A DNA stretch of 64,000 nt from NCBI GenBank assembly GCA_041628225.1, contig JBFKPQ010000001.1, positions 13,518 to 77,517 of the forward strand, in the 5' to 3' direction. The notes under the pieces are model-generated. The model did not search any database and was not told the DNA's origin. It saw nothing but the letters and a program-made list of their open reading frames with translations. This DNA is from Acidimicrobiia bacterium. Its GTDB lineage: Bacteria > Actinomycetota > Acidimicrobiia > Spongiisociales > JAENVV01. Positions 26,138-36,032 of the stretch are shown here, piece after piece. How positions within the stretch are numbered: position 1 is the stretch's first letter; each line of letters opens with the position of its first letter. The position numbers were made by a program, and so were the translations under genes.

Positions 26138-27085
26138 ATGACGGCCTTCCGACGGCGCCTCGTCTCCGTGCCGACCGTGCTGGTGACGTGGCTCGTAGCC
26201 ACGCTGACGCTGCCCCTTCTCCTCGTCGTGGCAATTGTCGTGGACGCGGCCCGGGCGCTGATGACGCGGGCGCCGTTCATGGCCGTTCGCCTCCTCTCTT
26301 TCGGGTGGGCGTACCTCACCTACGAGGTTGTGGGCCTGGTCGCGCTCTTTTTGGCCTTGCTGCCCGGGTCGACGGTGGAACGCACCTGGGCGATTCAGCG
26401 GTGGTGGGCGAACGGGTTGCTCGACGCTGCGCAGCGGATCTTCGGGCTCGAATTCGCTGCAGAGGGCACAGATGTGCTGTCGGCCTCGCCCTACGTCCTG
26501 CTGATGCGTCACGCCAGCATCGTCGACAATCTCCTACCGGCCCGCTACGTGACCGACGAGGCGGGCGTACGGCTCCGCTACGTGCTGAAACGGGAATTGC
26601 TCGGTGACCCGTGTCTCGACGTCGCCGGCAATCGGCTGCCGAACCACTTCGTCGACCGGTCGGGAGCCGACTCGGCGACCGAACTGGCCGCCATCGCGGC
26701 ACTAGCCCGCGGCCTCGGATCGCAAGAGGCGCTGGTGATCTTTCCCGAGGGCACCCGCTTCACGCCAGACAAACGCCGCCGGGTACTCGAGCGACTCACC
26801 GATCGCAACCCCGCGCTGGCCGAGGTGGCAGCCGGCCTCACCAATGTGCTTCCCCCCAGGGTCGGAGGTGTCCAAGCCGCTCTCGAGATGCCCCTCGACG
26901 TGGTCATCTGTGCTCACCGCGGGCTGGAAGGGTTCGCCACGATCGGCGACATCTGGCGCGGGTCGATGGTCGACCGAGCCGTGGAATTGCGATTCTGGCG
27001 GGTGAGCCGTGACGAGATAGGCCCTGACGTCGGGGCATGGCTCATCGACGAGTGGTCCGAGGTCGATGCCTGGGTGAGCGCTTGA
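26138..27085 (+). CDS. Membrane-anchored PlsC-family lysophospholipid acyltransferase
   Basis: N-terminal TM helices; HxxxxD motif (MRHASIVD) and FPEGTR motif. Starts 14 bp after the sigma-factor stop. Confidence 0.7.
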   Translation: MTAFRRRLVSVPTVLVTWLVATLTLPLLLVVAIVVDAARALMTRAPFMAVRLLSFGWAYLTYEVVGLVALFLALLPGSTVERTWAIQRWWANGLLDAAQRIFGLEFAAEGTDVLSASPYVLLMRHASIVDNLLPARYVTDEAGVRLRYVLKRELLGDPCLDVAGNRLPNHFVDRSGADSATELAAIAALARGLGSQEALVIFPEGTRFTPDKRRRVLERLTDRNPALAEVAAGLTNVLPPRVGGVQAALEMPLDVVICAHRGLEGFATIGDIWRGSMVDRAVELRFWRVSRDEIGPDVGAWLIDEWSEVDAWVSA

Positions 27086-27086
27086 G

Positions 27087-28274
27087 TCAGAAGATCTCGG
27101 GACACCATGGGGCCACCGGCCATCGCAGCAGCGTGTCGAGTCGCCCGATGGCGTCGTCGCTCCCGTCGATGAGCCCGGCCCGAGCGAGCTCATACGCAGA
27201 CGTGCCTCCCAGGTACAGCGACGCCAAGACGGAGACGGGCAGCGTCACGTCGCCGGCGGCGTCGGTTCGAACACACGAGCTGCCGTCGGGGCCGGCATCG
27301 AGGAGGTATCGACCGCCGGCCCGGTCGTCCATGACGTCGAGCACGATCGTTCCCGGCGTGCGATACCGACGCACCGTGAGGGCGCCCGGCACATCGAGGA
27401 TGCGAAGCCACAGCGCGTCTCCGACCGTGCGTGTGGCCGCGCGCAGGTCGGTGAACTGCCAGAGTCGGGCGTCATCGACCGGTCGCCGCGGGGCGCGCAC
27501 CACCGAGACGAGGTCCACACCGAGCACGTAGCTCCAGAGCGCCGCCTCGGTGTGCGGATCTCGTGCGATGAGCTCGGACACGTGCAGGGTCATCTCCAGG
27601 TCGCCTTTCACCCGGTAGATGACGTAGCCACCATCGCCGGAGGCGACGACGATGCGGTGTGCCGAATAGCCGTCCCGGAACTCGGGTCGGTCCCGCAGGG
27701 TTCTTCCGCGCCACCAGCCCGGTGGGCGCCGGTACATGCCGGGACGATCGGCGACGACGGCGTCGTGGATCGGGGGCAACCGATCCAACGCTTCGTCCTT
27801 GGTGACGAATTCGAAGGAGGCACCCCCGTCGCTCACCATCGTTTCGGTCGGCCCGGTGATCTCGAGGTCGTGGTGCCATGTGGCCGGCCCGAACCCGTAC
27901 CGTCCGTAGATCGTCGCCTCGGATGCCCACAGGCCGGCGAGAGACCAACCCCGGTCGGTCACCTCGTCGAAGTGGGTCTCCATGAACGCCCTCAGGATTC
28001 CCCGCCGGCGGTGGGTGGCAGCCGTCGTCACCTGGGTCACTCCCGACATGGGTACCGCGGCCCCACCCGGCACCGTCACATCGAGGTCGAATGCCGAGAA
28101 CGTCGCAACGAATCGGCCGTCGACTTCGGCGACCCGGGCGCGGCTGATGTCGTACCACTCGGCGATCTCTTCGGAGAAGGCGGGGTCGGGATCGAAGCCG
28201 AAGGTGAGGCCCATCGCTTCGAACCAGGCATGGAGTTCGGCTTCGTCGATGCCCCGCAGGACGGGTTCGGACAT
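27087..28274 (-). CDS. Eis-like GNAT acetyltransferase (GNAT + SCP2-like C-terminal domain)
   Basis: 395 aa with Eis-family architecture (VTQVTTAATHRRRGILRAFM, C-terminal sterol-carrier-like fold). Confidence 0.65.
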   Translation of the reverse strand: MSEPVLRGIDEAELHAWFEAMGLTFGFDPDPAFSEEIAEWYDISRARVAEVDGRFVATFSAFDLDVTVPGGAAVPMSGVTQVTTAATHRRRGILRAFMETHFDEVTDRGWSLAGLWASEATIYGRYGFGPATWHHDLEITGPTETMVSDGGASFEFVTKDEALDRLPPIHDAVVADRPGMYRRPPGWWRGRTLRDRPEFRDGYSAHRIVVASGDGGYVIYRVKGDLEMTLHVSELIARDPHTEAALWSYVLGVDLVSVVRAPRRPVDDARLWQFTDLRAATRTVGDALWLRILDVPGALTVRRYRTPGTIVLDVMDDRAGGRYLLDAGPDGSSCVRTDAAGDVTLPVSVLASLYLGGTSAYELARAGLIDGSDDAIGRLDTLLRWPVAPWCPEIF

Positions 28275-28892
28275 CTAGGGCGCGGTGGCCGCGATGGCGT
28301 CGGCCGCCGAATTGAAGGCCGCCACTGCGGTGGCGAACTCTTCGAGAGCCGCCTGACGAGCCTCGCCGCTGTCCGACGATTGGAGTCCTGCCAGAACGGC
28401 GCCGGCCGCGTCACGCGTGGCGGCTGCCGCAGTGGCGAGTGGCTCGTGGAGGCCCGCGAGCACTGCGTTGTCCTCGGGTGGGGGTCCGTCGGCGACGGAG
28501 AGCGCGAAGTCGGCGATGCGGGGGTTGAGGTCGTCGCGGATGGCATCACGAGCCGCGGCATATTCGATGGCCCGGGCATCCCAGTCGGCGTTCACGCTCG
28601 TCATCTCGAGATCCAGCGTGGCCAGGTCGGCACGCCAGGTCTCGACCGCGTCGTAGTACGCCTGAGTCGCGGCGTCCGGCAGAACTCCGGTCGGCGGCAG
28701 CGTGGTGGCAACGGGTGTGTCACCACCTCCCGCCGGCGCCGTGGTGCTCGTCGTCGAGGGAACCGTAAGGTCCGGGTTGGCTTCGACCCGGTCTTCGAGG
28801 CTCTGCACGAAGACGTAGGTGAAACCCACCATCCCGAGGATGATGAGCGGGAGGATCCAGCGGCCGGGTTTGGGATCGGGATTGCGTGCCAT
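28275..28892 (-). CDS. Hypothetical single-pass membrane protein (Thr/Ala-rich linker)
   Basis: MARNPDPKPGRWILPLIILGMVGFTYVFV... Stop abuts the Eis-like gene start. Confidence 0.5.
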   Translation of the reverse strand: MARNPDPKPGRWILPLIILGMVGFTYVFVQSLEDRVEANPDLTVPSTTSTTAPAGGGDTPVATTLPPTGVLPDAATQAYYDAVETWRADLATLDLEMTSVNADWDARAIEYAAARDAIRDDLNPRIADFALSVADGPPPEDNAVLAGLHEPLATAAAATRDAAGAVLAGLQSSDSGEARQAALEEFATAVAAFNSAADAIAATAP

Positions 28893-28974
28893 GGGCGAGC
28901 CAACGTTAGTCGACCGCCGATGAGTTCCCGACGAACCCCTTGTCCGGAGCGCCGCCGCGTCGTACGTTCGACCG

Positions 28975-29706
28975 ATGACACCTCCAGAGGACCCCCACGA
29001 CCGCGTCGATCACGAGTTCGTACCGTGGGAGGTGATCGAACGAGGCTGGACGATCCCGATCCGCCGGACGGCCGTGTTGCTCGGCGTCGTCGCCGCCGCG
29101 GCGGCGATCGGTGGGTTGGCGATCTGGTGGCTTTTGCCTGCGTCGGATGGGGAGTTCTCGGTGTCCTCCGTCGAACCGGTCGAGGTGACGACGGCATCGT
29201 CGGCGACGACGACGACCACGACCATCCTCCTCGCCGTGAGCGAAGCCGAACTGCGCCTCACGGACCCCCGCGCCGTGGCGGCGGCCGCCGAGGCGGCCGT
29301 ACGTTCCCACTTCACGGAGCCGGGTCGCTCCTACCCCGAGTGGACGGTCGCCGAGGGCGCCGTGGCAACCGCCGGCGGTTGGTCGGTGCGGGTCCATATC
29401 TCCCTGCTGGCTGGGTCAGACGGGATCGTGCGGCTCCCTCCGGTCACGGTGGAGGTGACGTTGATCGACACCGACAACGGCCTGGTGGCGAGTCTTCCTG
29501 TCCTTCTGCCGGGGGTCTCCGGACCGGCGTCGGCGGATCTCGGTCCGCTCGAGCCGGTTCCTCCCGAGGTGGCGGCGGCCGCTCAGACGCTGGTGGGAAC
29601 CTGGTCGACCGTCGAGGTGCTGGGAGGCAGCCTCACCGAGACGGGCTGGCTCGTGTTCGTCGAAGGAGCGAATCTCCCGCCCGTCGCTGTGCGCGTCGGG
29701 CGCTAG
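28975..29706 (+). CDS. Hypothetical membrane-anchored protein
   Basis: One TM helix (TAVLLGVVAAAAAIGGLAIWWLL), then a Thr-rich linker and a globular domain. Codon bias is coding-like. Confidence 0.5.
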   Translation: MTPPEDPHDRVDHEFVPWEVIERGWTIPIRRTAVLLGVVAAAAAIGGLAIWWLLPASDGEFSVSSVEPVEVTTASSATTTTTTILLAVSEAELRLTDPRAVAAAAEAAVRSHFTEPGRSYPEWTVAEGAVATAGGWSVRVHISLLAGSDGIVRLPPVTVEVTLIDTDNGLVASLPVLLPGVSGPASADLGPLEPVPPEVAAAAQTLVGTWSTVEVLGGSLTETGWLVFVEGANLPPVAVRVGR

Positions 29707-29957
29707 CCGAAGTGGCTTTCTAGGATCTCCTGCGCGGCTGGAGCGATCACATTCCAGTCCGCATCGGCAGCCTTGGTAAGGGTCACGAAGTCGGCGGTCA
29801 TGAAGATGCTGGACAGCCCATCGATAGCGAGCAGCGCCTCGGCGAGAGGATGCTCGTCGGTGCGTCCAGCGACGAAGGTGCTCGGACCCCCCACGTCCAC
29901 CCCGACGGTGAATTTGAGCGCATTCGGATTCGGAGTCGCATCGATGGTGACAGGCAT
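29703..29957 (-). CDS. Nfu/NifU-like small Fe-S scaffold protein
   Basis: Internal ATG at 29957 (MPVTIDATPNPNALKFTVGVDVGG...FMTADFVTLTK..). 85 aa. The upstream track ORF extension is not coding-like. Confidence 0.6.
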   Translation of the reverse strand: MPVTIDATPNPNALKFTVGVDVGGPSTFVAGRTDEHPLAEALLAIDGLSSIFMTADFVTLTKAADADWNVIAPAAQEILESHFG

Positions 29958-29984
29958 GGTGGCCCAGCGTAGCGACCGACGGTC

Positions 29985-31904
29985 ATGATCGGATCGGACA
30001 CTTCGCTCGGCGTGGACGTCGGCGGTACGTTCACCGACATCGCGGTGTGGCGCGACGGCGAGTTGGTCGTTGGGAAGACCTCGACGACTCCCGATCAGAG
30101 CGAGGGCGTGGTTGCGGGAGCCATCGCCGCAGGCGCGCCCGGGGCATCCCGCTTCCTGCACGGTACGACGGTCGCCACCAACGCGTTGCTCGAACGCGCC
30201 GGCGCGCGGACATTGCTCGTCACGTCAGAGGGTTTCGAAGACGTCGTGGAGATCGGACGACAAGACCGGCCGTCGCTCTACGATCCCGCGGTCGTCCGGC
30301 CGGCTCCGCTGGCGGCGGCTCGTCTCGGCGTCGACACCGGCGACCTCGACGCCCTGCGCGAGCGGGTGGCGGCGGCTGCACCTGAGGCCGTTGCTATCTC
30401 CCTGATGCACGCCCATCGAGACGGGACCGGCGAGGGCGAGGTCCGGAATACCCTCGCGTCGCTCGGACTACCGATCAGTGCGTCGACCGATGTCGTTCCG
30501 GAGTTTCGGGAGTACGAACGAACCTCCACGACGGTGCTGAATGCCTACCTCACTCCCGTCATGCGCCGCTATCTCGACGCTCTGGCTGAGCGGGCCGCCG
30601 CGGCGGGCCTTCCCCGCGATATTCAGGTGATGCGCTCGTCGGGTGGCCTCATGGCGATCGACGCGGCGGCCGGCCTGCCCGCCGCCGCCCTGTTGTCGGG
30701 TCCGGCCGGAGGGGTGGTCGCGACGGCCGCCCTGGCGCAGGCCCTGGGGCTCGTGTCGGCCATCGCGTTCGACATGGGCGGCACCTCGACCGACGTGTGC
30801 CGGATCGAAGGCGGGATGCCCGAGGTTCGATACGAGCGGCCGATCGACGGTCACCCGTGCCGGCTGCCGTCGGTGGCCGTGCACACGGTGGGTGCGGGTG
30901 GCGGCAGCCTCGGCTGGCTGGACGCGGGCGGTTCGATGCGTGTCGGGCCACAGAGCGCCGGCGCCTGGCCCGGCCCGGCCGCGTACGGGCGTGGCGGCGT
31001 CGCTCCCACGGTGACTGATGCGAACGTCGTCCTCGGGCGGCTCGGCGGGGCGCTGGCAGGCGGGGTGGTGCTCGACGGCCGCGCCGCCGGGGCGGCGCTC
31101 GAAGGGCTTGGCGGCCACATGGGTCTGGATGCGATCGCCACCGCATTCGGGATGATCGAGATCGTCGAAGCGCACATGGAGCGAGCCATCCGAGCGGTAT
31201 CGATCGAGGAAGGTGCTGATCCGCGGCGCGCCCACCTCGTGGCGTTCGGCGGCGCCGGCGGTCTGCACGCCACGGCCCTCGCCAGGCGACTCGACATGCG
31301 CGGTGTCGTGATTCCGCCTCATGCCGGGGTGTTCTCAGCACTCGGCTTGTTGTTGAGTCCACCCCGACGCGACGCTGCCCGATCGGTGGTCGGACGGCCG
31401 CTGGCCGATCTCGACGGCGTGCTGAGTGACGTCATGAACCAGGCGAGAACGGACGTGGCGATGGGTGGGGCTCGAGTCGTCGGAACGGTGGATCTCCGGT
31501 ACGTCGGGCAAGCCCACGAGATCAACGTGCCCTATGGGCCGGGCGAGGGGTGGGATGCCGCCGTCGAGCGTTTTCACGAGGAGCATCGGGTCAGAAACGG
31601 TTTTGCGCGGCTCGGCGACCCCGTCGAGGCCGTCGCGGTGCGGGCCGTCGCCACGGCTCCACCAGCCGTGGACTGGGAAGACCTGCCCCCACATCGCCCG
31701 TCGGAGAGTTCCGACCTCGGGACGCGCACCGTCCGCACCGATGCAGGCGACGTCGAAGCGCGTCTCCTCGCCCGCGCGGAGCTCGACGTCGGAGCATCGG
31801 TGGCTGGTCCGGCCGTGGTGCTCGACGGCGAGGCGACGACCTGGCTGGCGGCGGGCGACGTGGGCCGGGTCCACCCGTCGGGAGCGCTGGTGGTGACCTG
31901 GTGA
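29985..31904 (+). CDS. Hydantoinase/oxoprolinase family, A subunit (HyuA-like)
   Basis: MIGSDTSLGVDVGGTFTDIAVWRDGELVVGKTSTTPDQSEGV..; N-terminal ASKHA fold, 639 aa. Confidence 0.85.
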   Translation: MIGSDTSLGVDVGGTFTDIAVWRDGELVVGKTSTTPDQSEGVVAGAIAAGAPGASRFLHGTTVATNALLERAGARTLLVTSEGFEDVVEIGRQDRPSLYDPAVVRPAPLAAARLGVDTGDLDALRERVAAAAPEAVAISLMHAHRDGTGEGEVRNTLASLGLPISASTDVVPEFREYERTSTTVLNAYLTPVMRRYLDALAERAAAAGLPRDIQVMRSSGGLMAIDAAAGLPAAALLSGPAGGVVATAALAQALGLVSAIAFDMGGTSTDVCRIEGGMPEVRYERPIDGHPCRLPSVAVHTVGAGGGSLGWLDAGGSMRVGPQSAGAWPGPAAYGRGGVAPTVTDANVVLGRLGGALAGGVVLDGRAAGAALEGLGGHMGLDAIATAFGMIEIVEAHMERAIRAVSIEEGADPRRAHLVAFGGAGGLHATALARRLDMRGVVIPPHAGVFSALGLLLSPPRRDAARSVVGRPLADLDGVLSDVMNQARTDVAMGGARVVGTVDLRYVGQAHEINVPYGPGEGWDAAVERFHEEHRVRNGFARLGDPVEAVAVRAVATAPPAVDWEDLPPHRPSESSDLGTRTVRTDAGDVEARLLARAELDVGASVAGPAVVLDGEATTWLAAGDVGRVHPSGALVVTW

Positions 31905-33433
31905 TCTCGCCCATCGACCTCGAAGTCGCCCGGAATCAGTTCGCCGCCCTGGCCGACGAGATGGGTCTCGTCCTACGCCGAACCGCCTACTCGCCGAACA
32001 TCAAGGAGCGAGCCGACTGCTCGGCAGCGGTATTCGTCCCATCGGGCGAGATGCTCGCTCAAGCCGAACACATACCGGTCCACCTCGGCTCGATGCCGGC
32101 TTCGGTCGCGGCCGTCCTGGAGCGTTTCGAACCCGAGCCCGACATGCAATATGCCGTCAACGACCCATTCCACGGTGGCACCCACCTCAACGACCTCACG
32201 CTCGTTCAACCCGTGTTCGTCGGGCGGTCTCTCGTGGGCTGGGTCGCCAACCGGGCCCACCACGCCGACGTCGGGGGAGAGGCCCCTGGCTCGATGCCGG
32301 CCCACGCCACCCGTCTCGACCAGGAGGGCCACGTCGTCGCTCCGATGCCGGCGGTGCGTCACGGGGAATGGCTCCCCGAGTTCGTCGAACCATTTCTCGC
32401 CGCCACCCGGACCCCCGCCGAACGTCTCGGCGACCTGTCAGGGCAGTTGGGGTCCAATGCCGTCGGAGCGCTCCGCCTGGCCGCGCTCGCCGAAGCAGTG
32501 GGCATCGCAGAGCATCGCCGCATGACCGTGGCGCTCCTCGACTACGGCGAACGGCGGATGCGCGCCGCGCTCGGCGCACTCGCCGATGGTCGCTTTTCGT
32601 TCACCGACGTGATGGAGTGGGGTGACGTCGACCTTCCGGTGGCGGTGTCCGTGACCATCGACGGCCACTCCCTTCACGCGGACTTCGCCGGAACCGCCGA
32701 CCAGATCGACGGCAACATCAATGCCGTTGAAGCGGTGACGAGATCGTGCCTGTACTACGCGGTGCGCGTCGCGACCGACCCCTCGATCCCCGCCAACGGC
32801 GGTTGCTATCGCCCGCTCACGCTGTCGGTGCCGCCCGGGTCGCTCGTGGGCGCCACCCCTCCCGTAGCGGTCGCGGCCGGCAACGTGGAGACCTCTCAGA
32901 GGGTCGCCGACGTTCTGCTCGGCGCACTCGCTCATGCCGCCCCCGACCGGATCCCGGCCGCGTCGCAGGGCACGATGAACAACGTCCTGATCGGCAACGA
33001 CACCTTCGCCTACTACGAGACCGTCGCCGGTGGTGAAGGCGGTGGACCACTGCGACCTGGCCAGTCGGGCATCCATACCGGCATGACCAACACGAAGAAC
33101 ACCCCGATCGAGTCGCTGGAAGCGCACTATCCGTTCCGGGTGCATCGATACGGCCTTCGTTCGGGGAGCGGCGGCTCGGGCCGTCACCCGGGCGGAGAGG
33201 GCATTCAGCGTGAGATCGAGTTTCTCGAACCGGCCACGGTCTCGTTGATGGGCGAGCGGCGGCGGCACGGGCCCTGGGGGCTGGCCGGGGGGGAGCGCGG
33301 GGCTCCGGGCGAGGACTGGTTGTTCAGCGGCGGTGCGTGGGAACGGGTACCAGGCAAGGCGACCTTCGAGGTGAAGCCGGGCGACCGGCTCCTCGTGAAG
33401 ACGCCGGGCGGCGGTGGTTGGGGGCCGGCCTAG
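31901..33433 (+). CDS. Hydantoinase/oxoprolinase family, B subunit (HyuB-like)
   Basis: GTG overlaps the A-subunit stop (VISPIDLEVARNQFAALADEMGLVLRRTAYSPNIKERADCSAAVF..), about 510 aa. The track ORF start at 31550 is an Arg-rich upstream extension. Confidence 0.8.
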   Translation: MISPIDLEVARNQFAALADEMGLVLRRTAYSPNIKERADCSAAVFVPSGEMLAQAEHIPVHLGSMPASVAAVLERFEPEPDMQYAVNDPFHGGTHLNDLTLVQPVFVGRSLVGWVANRAHHADVGGEAPGSMPAHATRLDQEGHVVAPMPAVRHGEWLPEFVEPFLAATRTPAERLGDLSGQLGSNAVGALRLAALAEAVGIAEHRRMTVALLDYGERRMRAALGALADGRFSFTDVMEWGDVDLPVAVSVTIDGHSLHADFAGTADQIDGNINAVEAVTRSCLYYAVRVATDPSIPANGGCYRPLTLSVPPGSLVGATPPVAVAAGNVETSQRVADVLLGALAHAAPDRIPAASQGTMNNVLIGNDTFAYYETVAGGEGGGPLRPGQSGIHTGMTNTKNTPIESLEAHYPFRVHRYGLRSGSGGSGRHPGGEGIQREIEFLEPATVSLMGERRRHGPWGLAGGERGAPGEDWLFSGGAWERVPGKATFEVKPGDRLLVKTPGGGGWGPA

Positions 33434-34176
33434 ATCGGCTCCGACCCGACCGCGGGGTGCGTGACCCACAACCGTCCTTCGCCGTCCCGGGTCACTGTCG
33501 GCTCGATGCGCTCCGGAGGCTCCCCGGACCGGGCCGCCGCGATGGCTTCCGCAACGGATGCGTGGGTGGCCAGGCGTTCGAGGTTCTTGCGGGTGGGAAA
33601 GATGATCGAAGCGGTGCCGGCCGCGGCGGCCGACAGCGCGACGGACGGTCGGACCCACACGGAATCGGTTGTCTCGATTTTGTCGTGGTCGGCATGGGCG
33701 CCGTTCGGTCGCTCGGCGACGAAGAACTTGGTGTCGTAGCGGCGGTGCACCCCGGCCGGTGTGACCCACCACGACCACCACGTCAACGCCGAAAGGTCCA
33801 GTCGCACCCGGCCGCCGAGCAGCCAGTCGGTCCAGTCCCACCCAGAACGATCGTTCATGCGGATGCGGGCGTCGGCCGTATCGGATGGTGTGCGATCGGC
33901 GAGAAGGACCCCGCACTCTTCGAAGGTCTCCCGAATGGCCGCCACCACCAGCGCCCGGGCAGTGTCGGCGCCGACCGCGTCGACGAGTCGGGCATCGGGG
34001 TCGCCCGAGACCGCACCGGCGGGCAGCGTCCGGTCGGCCTCGTCGACCTTGCCGCCGGGAAAAACGAAGGCTCCGCCTACGAAGTCGGAGTCGATGTGGC
34101 GCTCGAGCATGAACACGGCCAACCCGTCGGCAGTGTCGTCGAGCAGCAGGACGGTGGCGGCGTCGCCCGGCGTCAC
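33430..34176 (-). CDS. NUDIX hydrolase
   Basis: GGKVDEADRTLPAGAVSGDPDARLVDAVGADTARALVVAAIRETFEECGV is a Nudix box. 248 aa. Confidence 0.7.
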   Translation of the reverse strand: MTPGDAATVLLLDDTADGLAVFMLERHIDSDFVGGAFVFPGGKVDEADRTLPAGAVSGDPDARLVDAVGADTARALVVAAIRETFEECGVLLADRTPSDTADARIRMNDRSGWDWTDWLLGGRVRLDLSALTWWSWWVTPAGVHRRYDTKFFVAERPNGAHADHDKIETTDSVWVRPSVALSAAAAGTASIIFPTRKNLERLATHASVAEAIAAARSGEPPERIEPTVTRDGEGRLWVTHPAVGSEPI

Positions 34177-34547
34177 GGTTTGCCGCGGATGCGGAACACG
34201 GCCGCGCCGAGGGCTCCGATCGAGACGAACGTGGCCGACCGGGCCGCCACCCGATCGATCCCCTCGAAGAACACCTCGGGGAGGGGCAGCTCGGGCATCT
34301 CGAACAGCACCGGCATCATGGTGAAGAAGAGCAGGACGGCCGCCAGCCCAGGAACGACCCGCGAAATGCCCTCGTCCGTCACCACCACCCCGAGGACCGC
34401 TCCGACCACGAGGAACCCCGATGCGGCCAGCAGCGGTTCTCCGCCGTCCAGCACGTCAGCCCAGGCGCCCGACAACAGGGCGATACCGCCCCACAAGATG
34501 ATGGCGACCCCGAACGCACCGATGGTCTTGGCGAGGGCGCTGTCCAT
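34173..34547 (-). CDS. Small integral membrane protein (hypothetical)
   Basis: Three to four predicted TM helices; coupled to the downstream NUDIX gene. Confidence 0.5.
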   Translation of the reverse strand: MDSALAKTIGAFGVAIILWGGIALLSGAWADVLDGGEPLLAASGFLVVGAVLGVVVTDEGISRVVPGLAAVLLFFTMMPVLFEMPELPLPEVFFEGIDRVAARSATFVSIGALGAAVFRIRGKP

Positions 34548-34569
34548 GACGCCCTGGACCCTACCGGGA

Positions 34570-35136
34570 TCAGGCCTCGGTCCAGCGGAAACTCGACAGC
34601 AGCTCGTCGAACAGAGGGATATACGTGTCGAACTGCTCGCTGTTGGCGAAGAAGCTCACCTCGTAGGCTCGATCTCCTCGCAGGGTGATCACTCGGAGCG
34701 ACGTGATCGGTGCACCGTTCTCGGCGGTGGTGGAGAACACGACCGACGCGGCAGGGTGACCGTCGAGGGTCGCGGTACCCGATCCGATGATCGTGATGTT
34801 CGGGTTGTTGCTGAGCGACCGCGCGTCGGACTGCACATAGGTGTCATAGGGCAGGTCCTCCGGCACCGGGAACACGACGACGTTGAAGCTCTCGGCGAAA
34901 TTGTCACCGGCCGGCGTCGGCGAGTAGAAGCCGAGCACGCCGACCTCGGACGCCTCGGTCCAATCCACCGGATAGGCGATCTCGAAACCGAGGTCGGGTA
35001 ACGAGATGATGTCGAGCAGCGACGGGTCGATCGTCACCGCGACCGGGGTGGTGGCGGCTGGGGTCGTCGTGGTGGCGGTCGTGCCACACGCGGCGAGGAC
35101 GAGTGTGAGGATCAGTACGGGGAGGCGGGTGGACAT
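34570..35136 (-). CDS. Putative lipoprotein (hypothetical)
   Basis: Signal peptide with lipobox (LVLAAC) and a Thr-rich linker. Confidence 0.55.
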   Translation of the reverse strand: MSTRLPVLILTLVLAACGTTATTTTPAATTPVAVTIDPSLLDIISLPDLGFEIAYPVDWTEASEVGVLGFYSPTPAGDNFAESFNVVVFPVPEDLPYDTYVQSDARSLSNNPNITIIGSGTATLDGHPAASVVFSTTAENGAPITSLRVITLRGDRAYEVSFFANSEQFDTYIPLFDELLSSFRWTEA

Positions 35137-35178
35137 GCGGGCGACAGCCTACCGGGAACACGGAGGTGTTCTCACAGG

Positions 35179-35949
35179 TTGCATCGGGATGTGACGCAAC
35201 CCAACCCGCTTGCCGTGGCCGCATCGATGGTGCGCGCACTCATGACGGTACGTGCGCCGGCCCCGGCGGGAAGCGAAGAAGCAACCATCTTTGAGAGCTA
35301 CGAAGACGTGCTCGCGTCCGTCGCGCGCGATGGGGTTGGCTCGCTGCCGGCATGGACGGCCACGCTCGACGAACTGGTCGAGGCCTCGGGCGAGGTGGAC
35401 CCCGACGAGTTGACCCCGTCCGGTGCGATGGCTTTCTGGCTGAATCTCTACAACGCCGCAGCCCTTCGCCGGGCCGCGGCGGCCTTCGAACAGGGTGTCG
35501 AGACCGTGTGGCGGGTCCCGGGCGCGTTCAGCCGGCCCGTGGCCGCCGTGGCCGGCGAACGCCTGTCGCTCGACGCCATCGAACACGCCAAACTGCGACG
35601 CATGGGCGACCCTCGCATTCACGGTGCCCTGGTGTGCGGCTCGGTGTCATGCCCTACGTTGCGATTCGAGCCGTATCGGGCGGCCGATCTCGATCGCCAG
35701 CTCGACGACCAGATGCGCAGCTTCTTGGCGAACGGAGGTGCCATGGTCGGCGCCGGCCGGGTGTCCCTGTCACGGGTCTTCAAGTGGTACGGCGGCGACT
35801 TCACCCGACCCGACCGTATGCCCGTCTGGTTGCCGGCTCGCCGGAGCGATCTCCTCGCCGCGTTGCGCCGCTGGCATCCCGCGCTACCGGAACGAGCCGA
35901 GGTCGAGTTTCAGGCCTACGACTGGGCACTCGCCTGCGCGGTCGGTTGA
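35179..35949 (+). CDS. DUF547-like domain protein
   Basis: AMAFWLNLYNAAALR ... ALVCGSVSCPTLR ... VFKWYGGDF motifs. Confidence 0.55.
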   Translation: MHRDVTQPNPLAVAASMVRALMTVRAPAPAGSEEATIFESYEDVLASVARDGVGSLPAWTATLDELVEASGEVDPDELTPSGAMAFWLNLYNAAALRRAAAAFEQGVETVWRVPGAFSRPVAAVAGERLSLDAIEHAKLRRMGDPRIHGALVCGSVSCPTLRFEPYRAADLDRQLDDQMRSFLANGGAMVGAGRVSLSRVFKWYGGDFTRPDRMPVWLPARRSDLLAALRRWHPALPERAEVEFQAYDWALACAVG

Positions 35950-36032
35950 CCCGGGGAGCTCCTCAGCTCCGCCGCCATTCGTGTGGGAGCCAGCTGCGAT
36001 CGCCCGCCTGATCAGGGCTACCATCCGACCGA

